NCBI GenBank assembly: GCA_028534125.1
Contig: CM052817.1
Location: 14,138,001-14,202,000, forward strand
Direction: 5' to 3'
Length of the DNA stretch: 64,000 nucleotides
Source: Lama glama
Lineage: Eukaryota
A model generated the notes under the pieces. The model had not been told where the DNA came from and did not search any database. It saw nothing but the letters and a program-made list of their open reading frames with translations. Shown here in pieces: positions 62,813 through 64,000 of this stretch (the stretch's first letter is position 1; the number at the start of each line of letters is the position of its first letter). Position numbers and translations under genes: made by a program.

Positions 62813-63439
62813 TGCTGTTATTTTTTACCTTCTGCACTATTTATGAGCTTAGATAACATGCCACACCTGAAAAAAATGCAAGTTCCCATTTTGGAGACTC
62901 ATATAAGTTTCTATTAACATAGGAAAACACTCTTGAGCTAATTTCTACAAACAAATCTCTTATTGGCCATTAATCTCTTCTATTAATATTCTAGAACAGT
63001 AATGCTGGAAAAAGATCTTAGAATAAAGAAGAGCTAGTTTTAAAATGTAAAACCTAGAATATCTGCTCAACCAAATGCTGGATAAATCACTAGTTTCTAC
63101 CTATTCACAAAAGAAACAGTTGATTTATAGTTAGAGGGTACAGACTGAAATTTAATAAACTCCTCCAGCACATACACGTGTCCCCACCCCACCCCCCAAA
63201 CCAAGCAGCCTCAGAGCATTATGTTGTTAGTCGCCTTGTTTGTTATCTGCTGAGGATGCTCTTTAGTAATGGTCAATTGTCTTGATGATGTGCCCCATCC
63301 AGTGTCACTTAGTCAAGAGAATGCAATCTGAAATCCATTCCACCCTCTACTTGCAATGGTGGGCATCCTGGGACAGAGAAAGGGGGTATTTTTTTTTCTA
63401 ATCACAATTAAAGAGTAATCTCTTCTAACAAGCACCTTG

Positions 63440-63552
63440 CACCCAGGGCTGTGCCATCTTGTTTACCAGCACCCATGTACCCAGGGAAACAGCTAATGCA
63501 TAGTAGGTGCCAAATAAATGACTGATTAAAAAAACAAAAACTGAATGATTAG
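63440..63552 (+). mobile_element. L2 3' end fragment
   Basis: catcttgtttacca...catagtaggtgccaaataaatgactgatt. Confidence 0.6.
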
Positions 63553-64000
63553 TATGCAAAAGAAGGAAGGCAAAATTGCTCCTCACCCTTCTCTCCTGTC
63601 CTGCACCTTGCACGGTTCAGGGCTGATGCTACTTGCTAGGAGGTTCTCACCCAGAATTTCTATGCCATGTTGTGAAATGGAAGGCCCAGGACCTAATGCG
63701 TGATTCTCTCCAGAATGCACACATGGACGTGCCCAGCATAACAAATAACAAGATTAGACCCCATGTGGGCTCTCTTTTGCATAATAAAATCCCACATGTT
63801 AAGATGCAGATTTATTTTAAGCCCTGGAAGTGCTGACCATATGCCTCAGTGGCTGAGGAGATGGCTACTTAATAGATAATCTGAAATGCACGCCAAAGAA
63901 CTAATCATGGCCATCTGATCATCATGCCCCATCAAAACCCAGAAATGAGGAGCCAGGGAACAGAGCCAGAAACTGCCAACATATCTCACAGGCAGGAAGA

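Noticed and set aside
1..64000. Prokaryotic systems (operons, CRISPR, defence islands) or a CpG-island gene promoter
   Set aside because: The DNA is mammalian, CpG-depleted and repeat-rich, with no dense coding sequence, repeat-spacer array or CpG island.

Overview
This is mammalian nuclear DNA: AT-rich, CpG-depleted, with no CpG island. It is very probably from a camelid, because it carries a Vic-1-type tRNA-derived SINE and several young artiodactyl-type L1 3' ends. I can support no protein-coding gene, RNA gene or CRISPR array. The ORF track reflects chance ORFs, transposon remnants and N-gap artefacts. The window is intergenic or intronic and dense in repeats: about 11 MaLR (MLT1) solo LTRs, a MER21-type LTR, ERVL gag/pro/pol remnants, old L1MC and young L1 copies, L2, CR1/L3, many MIRs, hAT/Tigger MITEs, microsatellites, and two 500-N gaps. 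Repeat subfamily names come from remembered consensus sequences and need RepeatMasker/Dfam confirmation; boundaries of old repeats are approximate. The most notable observations are: an LTR-less ERVL fragment with an internal inversion (52.3-53.85 kb); a possible L1 3' transduction inside an L2 (30.9-31.7 kb); young L1 copies truncated just 3' of the G-rich tract; an L1 whose tail is now a (CA)n microsatellite inside a perfect 16-bp TSD; a multi-layer nested transposon stack (46.4-48.2 kb); and a compact enhancer-like motif cluster (13.3-13.55 kb). I found no convincing new biological system.
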